This document shows positions 32,174 through 41,668 of a DNA stretch of 64,000 bases, one piece after another. The number at the start of each line of letters is the position of its first letter. The stretch's first letter is position 1. The stretch lies in the NCBI GenBank assembly GCA_963827655.1, contig CAWHCF010000051.1:1-64000 (forward strand). The letters are read 5' to 3'. Below the pieces are notes generated by a model. It ran no database searches. It saw only the letters and a program-made list of their open reading frames with translations, and was not told where the DNA came from. The translations under genes were made by a program, and so were the position numbers. This stretch comes from an uncultured Acidobacteriota bacterium. Its GTDB lineage: Bacteria > Acidobacteriota > UBA6911.

Positions 32174-34123
32174 ATGAGCATGAAAGACGAGATTATCTGG
32201 CGGCCTTCGGAAGAGTATTCGGCTTCGGCGAACGTTCGCCGTCTTATGGACCGGCACGGCATTAATAGCTATGCCGAACTCCTCGCGCGCTCGGTGGCCG
32301 ACATTCGCTGGTTTTGGGAAGCGTGTCTGGACGACCTGGGCGTCCAGTGGTATGCGCCTTATAGCGAAGTCCTCGATGATTCCCGCGGCTTTCCGTGGGG
32401 CCGCTGGTTTGTGTCGGGAAAGATTAACCTGGTTCACAATTGCCTGGATCGTCACCTCGAAACTCGTCCGGACCAGGTTGCAGTTTTGTGGGAGGGGGAT
32501 GACGGACAAACGCGGACGGTGACTTATCGGGATCTGAATTCGGAAGTGTGCCGGATCGCGGCCGGCATGCATGAACTCGGCATCGGCCGGCACGACACGG
32601 TCGGTATTTACATGCCGATGGTTCCGGAAATCGTGGCGGCGTTGTTCGCGGCCTGGAAGATCGGGGCGGTCGCGGTGCCCGTATTCGCGGGGTTTGGTCC
32701 GGAGGCGCTCGCGGTGCGGCTGCGCGATTCGGGCGCGAAGCTCCTTTTCACGGCCGACGGATCGTACCGTCGAGGGAAACATGTTCGCACCAAGGACGCG
32801 GCCGACCAGGCTCTGCAGTCGGTTCCGTCCGTCAAGTCGGTGATTGTACTCCGGCGCACCGGTGAGCCGATCTCCTGGGTCGATGGGCGGGATCTCTGGT
32901 GGGACCGCGTGGCCGTCAACTCGTCGGCCGATGTTCCGACCGAGCAGCTCGACGCCGAAGACCTTTGTCTGGTTCTCTACACCTCAGGAACGACAGGCCG
33001 TCCGAAGGGAACGCTTCACACGCAGGGCGGTACGTTGGCGAAGGTTGCAAAGGAGCTCGCCTACTTCATGGACGTGAAGACCGGCGATCGATTCTTCTGG
33101 CTCACGGATATGGGATGGATGATGGGCCCCTGGGAAATCATCGGGACGACATTCCTGGGAGCGTCGGTGCTTCTGTTCGAGGGAGCGCCCAACTGGCCCA
33201 ACCCGGACCGTGTGTGGGAAATGGTGGACCGGCATCGACTCACGCACCTGGGAATTTCTCCGACGGCCATTCGCCTTCTGCGTCGTTCGGGCGATGCCTG
33301 GGTGGAACGTCACGACCTGGACTCGCTTCGGATTCTGGCGTCGACCGGGGAGCCCTGGGATCTGGAATCTTATCTCTGGTTCTTCCACAAGGTAGGACGC
33401 GGACGCCGCCCTATCATCAATATCTCGGGCGGCACCGAGCTTATGGGCTGCCTGCTGGCAGCGCCGCCGATGTCAGAAATGAAGCCTTGCTCGCTCGGCG
33501 GACCCGGGTTGGGCATGGATGTGGACGTCGTTGATGACGAGGGAAGACCGGTCCGCAATACGCTGGGTTATCTGGTGCTCAAACAGCCTGCGCCGTCGAT
33601 GACCCGCGGCTTCCTTAATGATCCGCAGCGATATATCGAGACCTACTTTTCACGCTGGCCCGGCGTCTGGTTCCACGGGGATTGGGCGCTGGTCGACAAG
33701 GACGGTTTCTGGTTTATCCACGGCCGCGCGGATGACACCATTAAAGTTGCGGGCAAGCGGACGGGACCCGCCGAAGTTGAATCCGCGCTCATTGCGCACG
33801 AAGCTGTCTCCGAAGCTGCGGCCATCGGAATTCCTGACGAACTTAAAGGGGAGACCGTCGCCTGTTTTGCAGTCCTGAAGCCGGGAAACGAGTGGAGCGA
33901 TAAACTCTCCGAAGACCTCTCCGACCAGGTGGTGGAACACCTGGGAAAGACCCTTCGACCCAGGTTCATCTATTTTGTCAGCGCTCTTCCCAAGACGCGT
34001 TCCGGGAAAATCGTGCGCGGCGCGATCAGACGAAGGTTTCTGGGCGAAAGCGACGCGGATATTTCGTCGATCGAAAATCCCGAGGCGCTGGAAGCAATCC
34101 CACGATTGACGATTGACGATTGA
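32174..34123 (+). CDS. Acetate/acyl-CoA ligase (AMP-binding)
   Basis: YTSGTTGRPKG, STGEPW, SGGTE, HGD, GRADD, LPKTRSGKIVR; C-terminal RLTIDD encoded by a repeat arm. Confidence 0.92.
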   Translation: MSMKDEIIWRPSEEYSASANVRRLMDRHGINSYAELLARSVADIRWFWEACLDDLGVQWYAPYSEVLDDSRGFPWGRWFVSGKINLVHNCLDRHLETRPDQVAVLWEGDDGQTRTVTYRDLNSEVCRIAAGMHELGIGRHDTVGIYMPMVPEIVAALFAAWKIGAVAVPVFAGFGPEALAVRLRDSGAKLLFTADGSYRRGKHVRTKDAADQALQSVPSVKSVIVLRRTGEPISWVDGRDLWWDRVAVNSSADVPTEQLDAEDLCLVLYTSGTTGRPKGTLHTQGGTLAKVAKELAYFMDVKTGDRFFWLTDMGWMMGPWEIIGTTFLGASVLLFEGAPNWPNPDRVWEMVDRHRLTHLGISPTAIRLLRRSGDAWVERHDLDSLRILASTGEPWDLESYLWFFHKVGRGRRPIINISGGTELMGCLLAAPPMSEMKPCSLGGPGLGMDVDVVDDEGRPVRNTLGYLVLKQPAPSMTRGFLNDPQRYIETYFSRWPGVWFHGDWALVDKDGFWFIHGRADDTIKVAGKRTGPAEVESALIAHEAVSEAAAIGIPDELKGETVACFAVLKPGNEWSDKLSEDLSDQVVEHLGKTLRPRFIYFVSALPKTRSGKIVRGAIRRRFLGESDADISSIENPEALEAIPRLTIDD

Positions 34124-34264
34124 CGATTTACGATTGAGGACCACTTCGGGAAAGTTTCCCGGTGAAACCCACAGGGATATTGTGTCGATAGAATATCCCG
34201 CGAGGTTTGACGATTGTCGGTTGTTGGTTGAAATCGTCAATCGTAAATCGTAAATCGTCAATCG
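34102..34264. repeat. Family A heptamer inverted-arm element with ~95 bp spacer
   Basis: (ACGATTG)n at 34102-34137 and (AATCGTC/AATCGTA)n at 34232-34264. Confidence 0.93.
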
Positions 34265-34277
34265 GCTCGGCTTGCTG

Positions 34278-34286
34278 TGATAGAAT
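34278..34286 (+). promoter_or_regulatory. Extended -10 element
   Basis: TGATAGAAT about 33 nt upstream of ATG 34320. Confidence 0.45.
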
Positions 34287-34319
34287 AGACACCAGTTAAC
34301 GTCCCCCCGGAGGGTGATC

Positions 34320-35194
34320 ATGAAACGACGCGATTTCCTGAAGTGCGGCGCCCTCGCAGGCGGCGCGGCTACCGTCAGCCTGCACAACTTCCCGTACCAT
34401 TTATTTGCCGCAGAGAAGAAAAAATACGCTCAGGACATCATCACCCTTGGAAGAACCGGCATCCGCCTCTCGCGGCTTGCCCAGGGGACCGGCACGGTCG
34501 GCTCCAAGAAGAGCTCGAACCAGACCCGAAAACTGGGCCTGGAAGGCCTGGCCGATCTTTTTCGCGCCGGGGTCGACCAGGGGCTATCTTTCTGGGACAC
34601 CGCTGACGGCTACGGAAGCCATCCGCATATCAAAGAAGCGTTGAGAACCGTCAAGCGCGAAAAGGTAGTCATCATGACCAAAACCCGGGCCAGCACCGAA
34701 GCCGAGATGCGCGCCGATCTCGAGCGCTTCCGTCAGGAACTGGGCACCGATTATATCGACATCTTGCTGCTTCACTGTATGCTCGATGCCGATTGGCCGC
34801 AGAAGAAAACCGGAGCCATGGCCGTGCTGAGCGAAGCCAAAGAAAAGGGGATCATCGAGCCCACGGCGTCTCATGCCACACCCTGGGCGCTTTGAAAACG
34901 GCAGCGGCGACCGATTGGGTGGAGATCGACCTGGCCAGGCTGAATCCGATCGGCTCGCACATGGATGCAGATCCGGCGACAGTGGTCCCGGTATTGCATG
35001 AAATGAAATCGAAAGGGAAGGGCGTTATCGGAATGAAAATCCTGGGCGAGGGGGATCTCCGGCATGAGGTGGATAAAGCTCTGCAATATGCCCTGGCGCA
35101 GGACGTCCTGGATTGCTTCACGATAGGCGCCGAAAATCAAGGCGAACTGGCAGGTTTGCTCAGCAAGATCCCCGCTGCCAGCGTTCGAGCCTAA
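34320..35194 (+). CDS. Tat-signal aldo/keto reductase, frameshift near 34858
   Basis: MKRRDFLK; LGRTG, WDTADGYG, LGTDYIDILLLH, GVSCH, GVIGMKILG. Confidence 0.88.
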
Positions 35195-35208
35195 CCGGAG
35201 GTGAAACC

Positions 35209-35997
35209 ATGTATCGACGTGCCAGTCTAATTGTAGTTCTGCTGAGCTCTGTTCTGGTGTGGGCGGCGGACAAGGATTTCTGGGACACGAAGCCCTACAG
35301 CGAATGGAATGATAAAGAAGTCGAAAAACTGCTGAAGAACTCCCCCTGGTCGAGGAGCGTAACCCTCAGCATGGGGACGATGGGAGCGCCGGGCTATGGC
35401 AACGAATCCCGGCAGCAGTACCCGCGCACCTCCGGCGGAGCCGGCACCCAGACTCCCGGCGGAGCCGGCACCCAGACTCCCGGCGGCGCTGAGAGTGACC
35501 CCGTCGGCGGCGGGCAGCGAGGCCCCGGCGGGGTGGGTGATCCTTCAGAAAGGCCCAGCATCCCGCTCGTCGTCCACTGGTACTCCCGGCCCGTTCGGGA
35601 AGCCTTCGCGCGCCGCGTCCAACTTCGCAAGCCTGAAGCGCCTAAGGAGCAGCTGGATAGTCTGCTCAATTACGACGACCCGACTCACTTTGCCATCCTG
35701 ATCACCGGCTTCCCGGGGAATATGCCCGGCAGCGCGCCGGCCGAACTCGTCCAGAGACTAAAAGAAGAGACTTATCTTCAGAAGAAGAACAAAGAAAAAA
35801 TTCCGCTGGCGGAGGTCGTACCGCCTTCCGGACCGGGGCAACCTTTAATCCTGAAGTTTCTCAGCGAAGCCGATGGAAAACCGGCCCTGACGCTGGAGGA
35901 CAAAGAGGTAGAACTGGTATCGAGACTGGCGGGAGATTCGTTGCGAGCCAAGTTCAAGCTGGCGGATATGGTCGTGAACGGGAAGCTCGAACTCTAA
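35209..35997 (+). CDS. Secreted hypothetical protein with a Gly-rich insert
   Basis: GGAGGT RBS, signal peptide, FWDTKPYSEW..LLKNSPW, terminal KFKLADMVVNGKLEL. Confidence 0.75.
   Translation: MYRRASLIVVLLSSVLVWAADKDFWDTKPYSEWNDKEVEKLLKNSPWSRSVTLSMGTMGAPGYGNESRQQYPRTSGGAGTQTPGGAGTQTPGGAESDPVGGGQRGPGGVGDPSERPSIPLVVHWYSRPVREAFARRVQLRKPEAPKEQLDSLLNYDDPTHFAILITGFPGNMPGSAPAELVQRLKEETYLQKKNKEKIPLAEVVPPSGPGQPLILKFLSEADGKPALTLEDKEVELVSRLAGDSLRAKFKLADMVVNGKLEL
35432..35486 (+). repeat. 24 bp in-frame tandem repeat (GGAGTQTP x2)
   Basis: CCGGCGGAGCCGGCACCCAGACTC twice plus a partial third copy. Confidence 0.9.
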
Positions 35998-36011
35998 GAG
36001 AAATACCTGCC

Positions 36012-36065
36012 ACCACAAGGACGCGAAGCCGCGAAGAATCTTTCGCGGCTTCGTGCCTTCGTGGT
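36012..36065. terminator. Family C hairpin between convergent genes; possible bidirectional terminator
   Basis: Perfect 12 bp core CGAAGCCGCGAA/TTCGCGGCTTCG extended by an imperfect stem; abuts the stop at 36065. Confidence 0.55.
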
Positions 36066-36928
36066 CAAAACAACACCTGGGCCAGACGCTTCCGGTACTC
36101 TTCCGCCAGGTCGCTTCTTTCCCCAACCAGCGCGAACACGGTCAGCATCGCCTTGCGCGCCGTCTGGTCTTGAAAATTCTTGTCACGGCTCAGGACGGAA
36201 AGAAACTCCTCCAGGGCTCCGCGGAAATCACCAGCCACAACCAGGCAGCAGGCATGAGCGTACCGGGCTTCGAGGTTCGTCGGTTCTGCCGCCGCGCGCG
36301 CGGCGGCTGCGTCCGGTCCACCGTTTCGAGTGCAGACGACCTGGAATTCGAGCGATTGCTTGAGCTGCTGGGCTTGGCCCGACGCCGGCGACGAAACCGA
36401 AACCCGGTTCCAGAATGACTCAGCTCCGGCCGTGTCGCCCGCGGTGGCGCGCATCTTTCCCAGCTCCACCAGAGCGCCCCCATGAGACGAATCGAGTTCG
36501 AGCGCGGATTCAAACTCACGTTGCGCCTCGTCGGGAAGCCGGCGCTCGAGCAGCGCCAGCCCCTGGCTGTACTTGCGGTCGGCGGCGGTTGGACAGTGCT
36601 TGCGCAGAAAACTACGCGCCTTGCTTTCGGAAACGGCGCCCATGAACTCGTCCACCACGGTGCCGTTCTTGAAGAGTTTTACATTGGGAATGCTCCGGAT
36701 GGCAAAGTGTTCCGCGAGTTCCGGATTCTCTTCGGTGTTGACTTTGGCCAGCAGGAAATCGCCTCCGAATTCCTCAGCCAGGCGTTCCAGGACGGGACTC
36801 AGAACTCTGCACGGCCCGCACCAGGCCGCCCAGAAATCAACGGCCACTGGACGCTTGAACGATTCGTCAATTACCGACTTCTGGAAGTCGGAGAGCTGCA
36901 CATCTCTCACGTGAAGGGCTGTCGCCAC
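36065..36928 (-). CDS. Thioredoxin-TPR co-chaperone (YbbN/CnoX-like)
   Basis: VDFWAAWCGPC, IRSIP, helical C-terminus ending YRKRLAQVLF. Confidence 0.9.
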   Translation of the reverse strand: MATALHVRDVQLSDFQKSVIDESFKRPVAVDFWAAWCGPCRVLSPVLERLAEEFGGDFLLAKVNTEENPELAEHFAIRSIPNVKLFKNGTVVDEFMGAVSESKARSFLRKHCPTAADRKYSQGLALLERRLPDEAQREFESALELDSSHGGALVELGKMRATAGDTAGAESFWNRVSVSSPASGQAQQLKQSLEFQVVCTRNGGPDAAAARAAAEPTNLEARYAHACCLVVAGDFRGALEEFLSVLSRDKNFQDQTARKAMLTVFALVGERSDLAEEYRKRLAQVLF

Positions 36929-36946
36929 TCGAAAACCCCTTTCCGC

Positions 36947-37067
36947 CGATTGCAGATTTACGATTGACGATTGACGATTTAAAAATCAATAGTCAACGTT
37001 TGCTGCCAGGCTATCCGTCAATCATCAATCTGCAATCGTCAATCGTCAATCGTACAATCGTCAATCG
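36947..37067. repeat. Family A heptamer inverted-arm element overlapping the P450 3' end
   Basis: Arms 36947-36980 and 37016-37067 share a GATTGCAGATT variant unit. Confidence 0.9.
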
Positions 37068-38390
37068 GCCCAGCATGCCATGCTTGGGCCGGAGCGTAAT
37101 GAGCGGCTGAAGCTTCACTGGATGCCCCGGAACGAGCCGCATGCTCCACTTCTGTGCCAGAGTAGCCAGAACCAGCACTCCTTCGAGCCATGCGAAGGAT
37201 TCCCCGATACAAACCCGCGGACCTCCGCCGAACGGGAAGTAGGAGAACTTGGGACGCGCAGCCTGAGCTTCCGGCGTCCACCGTTCCGGATCAAACCGGT
37301 GCGGATCCGGGAAGAAGCGCGGGTCATGATGCATCACAAACGGGCTCATCAAGACGATGGACCGCTCCGGCAAAAGGTAGTCATCGATTCTGTAGGGGCT
37401 CATGGCGCGGCGGCCGATGGCCCAGGCGGGTGGATAGAGGCGCATGGCCTCGGAAAACACCATCTCGGTATAGCGTAATCTGGGCACATGGTCGAGGGTG
37501 GGGAGCTGGCCGGCGAGCACGGCCTTGAGCTCTTCGTGCAACCTGGCTTCTGCATCAGGATTCTGTGACAGCAGATACCAGCTCCACGTAAGCGCATTGG
37601 CCGTGGTTTCGTGGCCGGCGAGAAAAATGGTCATGGCCTCGTCGCGCACCTGAAGATCAGTCATGCCGCCGCTGTCCCCCTCCTCGTCCTGAGCCAGAAG
37701 GAGCATGGAGAGAAGATCGCCCCGGTCGACCCCGCGCGCGCGGTGTTCGTGGATGATCCGGTAAATCGTGGCATCGAGACGCTCGCGCGCTCTTCGAAAT
37801 CGGCGATTGCTGGGAAGCGGAAGCCGGTCGACGACACCGGAAAACGGCGTCGTGACTCGCCTGAATACTTGCATGACGTCGGTAAGGGCCTGGCCGATCT
37901 CTTTGGCCTCCGCCTCCACGTCGGCATCAAACAGGGTTTTTGCGACGATCGAGAGGGTGAGGCGCATCATCTCCTGCGCCATATCCACGGTGGCGCCTTC
38001 TTGCCAGCGCTGCGCCAGGCGGGCGCTGTAGTCGGCCATCACGCCTCCGTAGGCGGCGATCCGGTCCCGGTGGAATGCAGGCTGAGCCAGGCGTCGTTGA
38101 CGGCGGTGAAATTCATCCTCGCTGGTCAGCAAACCGTTGCCGAGGAAGCGCCGCGCAATCTCGAGCCCGCGGCTCTTGTGAAATAGACGGCTGTTGGTTA
38201 CCAGCACATCCCTGATGTAGTCGGGATGGTTGAGCAGGAAAACGTCCTGCGAGCCCAGCTTGAAATGAACGATATCGCCATAGGTTTGAGCCAGCGTGGT
38301 CAAGAAACCGATCGGGTCCCGGCGGAATTCAAACAGACTGCCGAAGATCGGCTTGCCCTTTGGTCCTTGCGGGCGTACGGCGGCTGTCAT
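37011..38390 (-). CDS. Cytochrome P450
   Basis: [14 protein letters not shown] (ExxR), [16 protein letters not shown] heme motif. Confidence 0.96.
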   Translation of the reverse strand: MTAAVRPQGPKGKPIFGSLFEFRRDPIGFLTTLAQTYGDIVHFKLGSQDVFLLNHPDYIRDVLVTNSRLFHKSRGLEIARRFLGNGLLTSEDEFHRRQRRLAQPAFHRDRIAAYGGVMADYSARLAQRWQEGATVDMAQEMMRLTLSIVAKTLFDADVEAEAKEIGQALTDVMQVFRRVTTPFSGVVDRLPLPSNRRFRRARERLDATIYRIIHEHRARGVDRGDLLSMLLLAQDEEGDSGGMTDLQVRDEAMTIFLAGHETTANALTWSWYLLSQNPDAEARLHEELKAVLAGQLPTLDHVPRLRYTEMVFSEAMRLYPPAWAIGRRAMSPYRIDDYLLPERSIVLMSPFVMHHDPRFFPDPHRFDPERWTPEAQAARPKFSYFPFGGGPRVCIGESFAWLEGVLVLATLAQKWSMRLVPGHPVKLQPLITLRPKHGMLGRLTIVRLTIDDCRLMIDG

Positions 38391-38443
38391 TCAAACCCTC
38401 TCTTTTTGGGCGTCTTCACATGCTTTTGCGGTGAGCTTCGCCT

Positions 38444-39367
38444 TTAACTCAAGGGACGGGAGGCGCTGACGGGATAGTATTGATCGATTTTCTTCTTGAG
38501 GAATTCGACGCTGCGAGCCATCTGCTCCAATCCGTCGACGCCGTCTTCGACCGAAATCCACCCGCAATAGTTGATCTCACGAAGGATTTGAAAGATGGCG
38601 TCGTAGTCATTCAACCCTTTGCCGATCTCTCCGTGAAGCAGGTCGGGCGAGTAGCCGAGAGTCCCGTCAGCCTGCTTCAGATCCTGCAGCCGGGCGTTTC
38701 CTTTCAGGTAGCGATCCGAAGCCTGCATGGTGACAACGCGATGTTTCACCTTCCGCAGGAAGTCGACCGGGTCTTCGCCCGCGAGTATGGAATTGCTGGG
38801 ATCGTATTGCACACCGAAGTTGGGTGAATCGATCTGTTCAATGATCTTGAGGTAGACCTCGCTTCGCTGGGCAAATTCCGGGTAGCGCCAGAGCCCGTCT
38901 TTGTAATGATTCTCCATGCACAGAGTGACGCCGCGGGGAAGGGCATATTCCAGGCTGGCTCGAATTCCCTCGACGGCCCAGCGCACTCCGTCCTCCGGAG
39001 ACGTCTCCGGATGTCTCTGCCCGGAGAGCGTCCGGCAATAAACGGTTCCCAATTTCAGACTGAGGTCGATGGCCTCCTCCTGACGGTGGAGCTGGCGAAC
39101 GCGCTCGGCCGCATCGGGATGAGTGAAATCAGGCGAAAAGCAGAGCATGGATGTGCGCAATCCGGCTCTGTCCATGGCAGTGAGCACCTGATCAAGCTCT
39201 GCGGCATCGCGCCGCTGGAAGAAGCCGTCATACATTTCGATGGCCTCTATGTCCAGTGTCGCGGCCTCATCGATCCACTCGAGAAGCGACATCCGGGCAC
39301 TGCAGAGCTGGTCGAAATAAGCTTTGGGAAAAACGGAAACGGATGGCCGGCTTGCCTGGGCGTTCAC
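38444..39367 (-). CDS. Sugar-phosphate isomerase/epimerase TIM-barrel protein
   Basis: MENHYK, YDPSN, GEIGKGLNDY, GWISVE. Confidence 0.85.
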   Translation of the reverse strand: MNAQASRPSVSVFPKAYFDQLCSARMSLLEWIDEAATLDIEAIEMYDGFFQRRDAAELDQVLTAMDRAGLRTSMLCFSPDFTHPDAAERVRQLHRQEEAIDLSLKLGTVYCRTLSGQRHPETSPEDGVRWAVEGIRASLEYALPRGVTLCMENHYKDGLWRYPEFAQRSEVYLKIIEQIDSPNFGVQYDPSNSILAGEDPVDFLRKVKHRVVTMQASDRYLKGNARLQDLKQADGTLGYSPDLLHGEIGKGLNDYDAIFQILREINYCGWISVEDGVDGLEQMARSVEFLKKKIDQYYPVSASRPLS

Positions 39368-39996
39368 TTTAGCAGTAGTTTCGCCCCTTCTTCCTTGGAC
39401 AGCGGGCGGATCTTGACGTTACGGAAAGAGACCTGGCCGTGGTCTCCCTGCAGCCGGAGAGGGCCGGGGGCGTCGTCACGTTCGCTGCTCGCCCCGGTCC
39501 CCTTGGGACCTACGTCGATATTGTCGAGTATCTTCTGGTTGTTGTGGCGAACCGTGAGGCGCTGGCCGACAAAGACGATGTCAAACGCTTCCCACTCGCC
39601 CACTGGTTTGCAAGCGTTCTTGGCGGGTGTGGTACGGCGATAGAGCGCGCCGCAGCTACCGAAGTCAGACGGCTTGCCATGGCTATCAAGGATCTGGATT
39701 TCGTATCGATCGCGCATGTAGACACCCGAGTTGCTGCCGGGCGCAATCTTGAACTCAACGTGGAGTTCAAAATCATTAAAATCCTTGTCGGTCATAAGGT
39801 CCGTCCCTTTGGCCGCAGTGGTGTAAACTCCGTTCTCGACTTTCCAGAGATTCGGACCGTCGGGCTTGCGAAGATGCCAGCCCTGAAGATCTTTTCCGTT
39901 GAAGAGGGAAATCCAGCCATCGGAATACAGGTTGCCCGCGGACAACGTTCCAATGATCGATAGAATAGAAACTTGGATGACGGATCGGGTTCTCAT
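39364..39996 (-). CDS. DUF1080 (3-keto-disaccharide hydrolase-like) secreted protein
   Basis: WISLFNGKDLQGW, NSGV, YEIQILD, LQGDHGQVSFRNVKI. Confidence 0.9.
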   Translation of the reverse strand: MRTRSVIQVSILSIIGTLSAGNLYSDGWISLFNGKDLQGWHLRKPDGPNLWKVENGVYTTAAKGTDLMTDKDFNDFELHVEFKIAPGSNSGVYMRDRYEIQILDSHGKPSDFGSCGALYRRTTPAKNACKPVGEWEAFDIVFVGQRLTVRHNNQKILDNIDVGPKGTGASSERDDAPGPLRLQGDHGQVSFRNVKIRPLSKEEGAKLLLK

Positions 39997-40090
39997 GCGG
40001 ACTCTCTTCCTCCTCGAATGCTATTGCCGTGCCCCAACGACTTGATCCAACCATAGTCTGGTTCGGGTTTAGATTTCAATACATGTTTTT

Positions 40091-40275
40091 CCGATTGCGG
40101 ATCATCTCCGATTGCGGATTATTCCGATTGCGGATTGCGGATTTCAGATTGCGGATTGGAAAAAACGGAGCATGCTGTTGGGTCGACAGTCACGTGCGCG
40201 CACTATGAAACAGATAACGAAACAATCCGCAATCCGACAATCCGCAATCCGAAATCCGCAATCCGCAATCGGAAT
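40091..40275. repeat. Family B heptamer inverted-arm element between divergent genes
   Basis: 38 nt arms 40121-40158 and 40238-40275 with one mismatch; the right arm runs into the MFS ATG. Confidence 0.95.
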
Positions 40276-41458
40276 GGCCGAGTTCTTCGGGCTTCGCGCC
40301 AATATCGTGGCGTTGCTGGCCGCGATAATCTTTATCGGCAGCGGCGAGGAACTCTGGATTCGATTTGTGCCCAAGTACCTCGAGGTTCTTGGCGCCGGAA
40401 CTTTTGTAATCGGGATCTACGACGGCCTCAAGACACTGCTGGGTGCGGTGTACGCTTACCCCGGCGGGATCTTGACCGATCGATGGGGACACCGGAAGGC
40501 GCTGTCGTTTTTTACGGCGCTCTCGATCGCCGGGTACCTCATTGTCTATGCGATTCCGCACTGGGCCGCTGTCCTGGGAGCCACCTTTCTTTTTCTGGCC
40601 TGGGCTTCGTTTTCGCTTCCGGCCACGTTCTCACTGGTGGGCACGAACCTTGCGCCGGAAAAATATGGAATGGGAATCGCCCTGCAGTCGATCATCAAGC
40701 GTATTCCGGTTCTGATTGGACCGGTTTTGGGCGGTATCCTGATCGACAGGTTCGGCCTGCATGCCGGCATCCGTATTGGGCTCCTGGCCTCCGCCGTCCT
40801 GGGGTTGATTGCGATGCTGGTCCAAAACAGGATTTCCGAGATTGAGTTGCGCGGCGCGAAGGACGTCCCGCTGCGGTTTCGCTTTGCGGTTGGGCAGTTC
40901 CGGCCGGAACTGCGGCGTCTCCTTCTGTCAGACATCCTGGTTCGCTTCTGCGAACGCATCCCGGCAGCCTGGGTGGTTATCATGGTAATGTCGCGCGCCG
41001 GCTTGAGCGCCAGGGAATTCGGCTATCTAACCGCATTGGAAGTTGCCGTCGCGATGCTCTGCTTCATACCGGTCGCCTACCTGTCGGATCGTTATGGTCG
41101 AGAGCCTTTTGTGATCTTGACCTTTGTGTTTTTCACGCTCTTTCCCCTCGCCTTGCTTCAGGCGCAGACCTTGTCCTGGCTCGCGCTCGCCTTCACGATT
41201 CGTGGTTTGAAAGAGTTTGGCGAGCCTGCGCGCAAGGCGCTCATCATTCGGTACAGCTCCGGCTCGAATCAAGGACAACTGATAGGGGCGTACTATCTGA
41301 TTCGAGACATTACCGTCACACCGGGGGCGCTGCTCGGCGCCTGGTTGTGGGCCGCCGGACCCGAGGTCAATTTTTGGGGAGCATTTCTTTTCGGTCTGCT
41401 GGGCACCGCGTACTACGCCTTGACGGTAGCACGTATTGCATTGACGATTTACGATTGA
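40274..41458 (+). CDS. MFS transporter
   Basis: About 12 hydrophobic segments; GGILTDRWGHRK and LSDRYGREP motif-A copies. Confidence 0.9.
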   Translation: MAEFFGLRANIVALLAAIIFIGSGEELWIRFVPKYLEVLGAGTFVIGIYDGLKTLLGAVYAYPGGILTDRWGHRKALSFFTALSIAGYLIVYAIPHWAAVLGATFLFLAWASFSLPATFSLVGTNLAPEKYGMGIALQSIIKRIPVLIGPVLGGILIDRFGLHAGIRIGLLASAVLGLIAMLVQNRISEIELRGAKDVPLRFRFAVGQFRPELRRLLLSDILVRFCERIPAAWVVIMVMSRAGLSAREFGYLTALEVAVAMLCFIPVAYLSDRYGREPFVILTFVFFTLFPLALLQAQTLSWLALAFTIRGLKEFGEPARKALIIRYSSGSNQGQLIGAYYLIRDITVTPGALLGAWLWAAGPEVNFWGAFLFGLLGTAYYALTVARIALTIYD

Positions 41459-41532
41459 CGATTGACGATTGAAACCAGATGGCGGCGCGCCTCTTTAAAT
41501 CGTCAATCGTCAATCGTAAATCGTCAATCGTC
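41440..41532. repeat. Family A heptamer inverted-arm element
   Basis: 31 bp perfect inverted repeat 41440-41470 / 41498-41528; contains the MFS stop codon. Confidence 0.95.
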
Positions 41533-41538
41533 TGTGGG

Positions 41539-41567
41539 TTGACATCGTTCGCGCGTCGCGGCATACT
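41539..41567 (+). promoter_or_regulatory. Sigma70-type promoter
   Basis: TTGACA-17 nt-CATACT upstream of the oxidoreductase gene. Confidence 0.55.
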
Positions 41568-41668
41568 CGATTGGATGTTTCTCTAATCCGATTGAAATCT
41601 TTCTTAGTCCGGGATGATGCGCGACTCAATATTCATGAGTGGCATGCCCCGTTTTTGGGAGTGGCCCT

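Noticed and set aside
35432-35486. 24 bp tandem duplication as a contingency locus
   Set aside because: It is an in-frame duplication in a low-complexity Gly-rich linker, which is ordinary slippage.
40112-40273. N-terminal extensions in the ORF track such as IADCGFQIADW (also at 18967 and 28332)
   Set aside because: They are translations of repeat arms upstream of the more plausible start codons.
18938-41532. Repeats as a CRISPR array
   Set aside because: They are short tandem units in dispersed inverted pairs, not direct repeats with regular spacers, and no cas genes are present.
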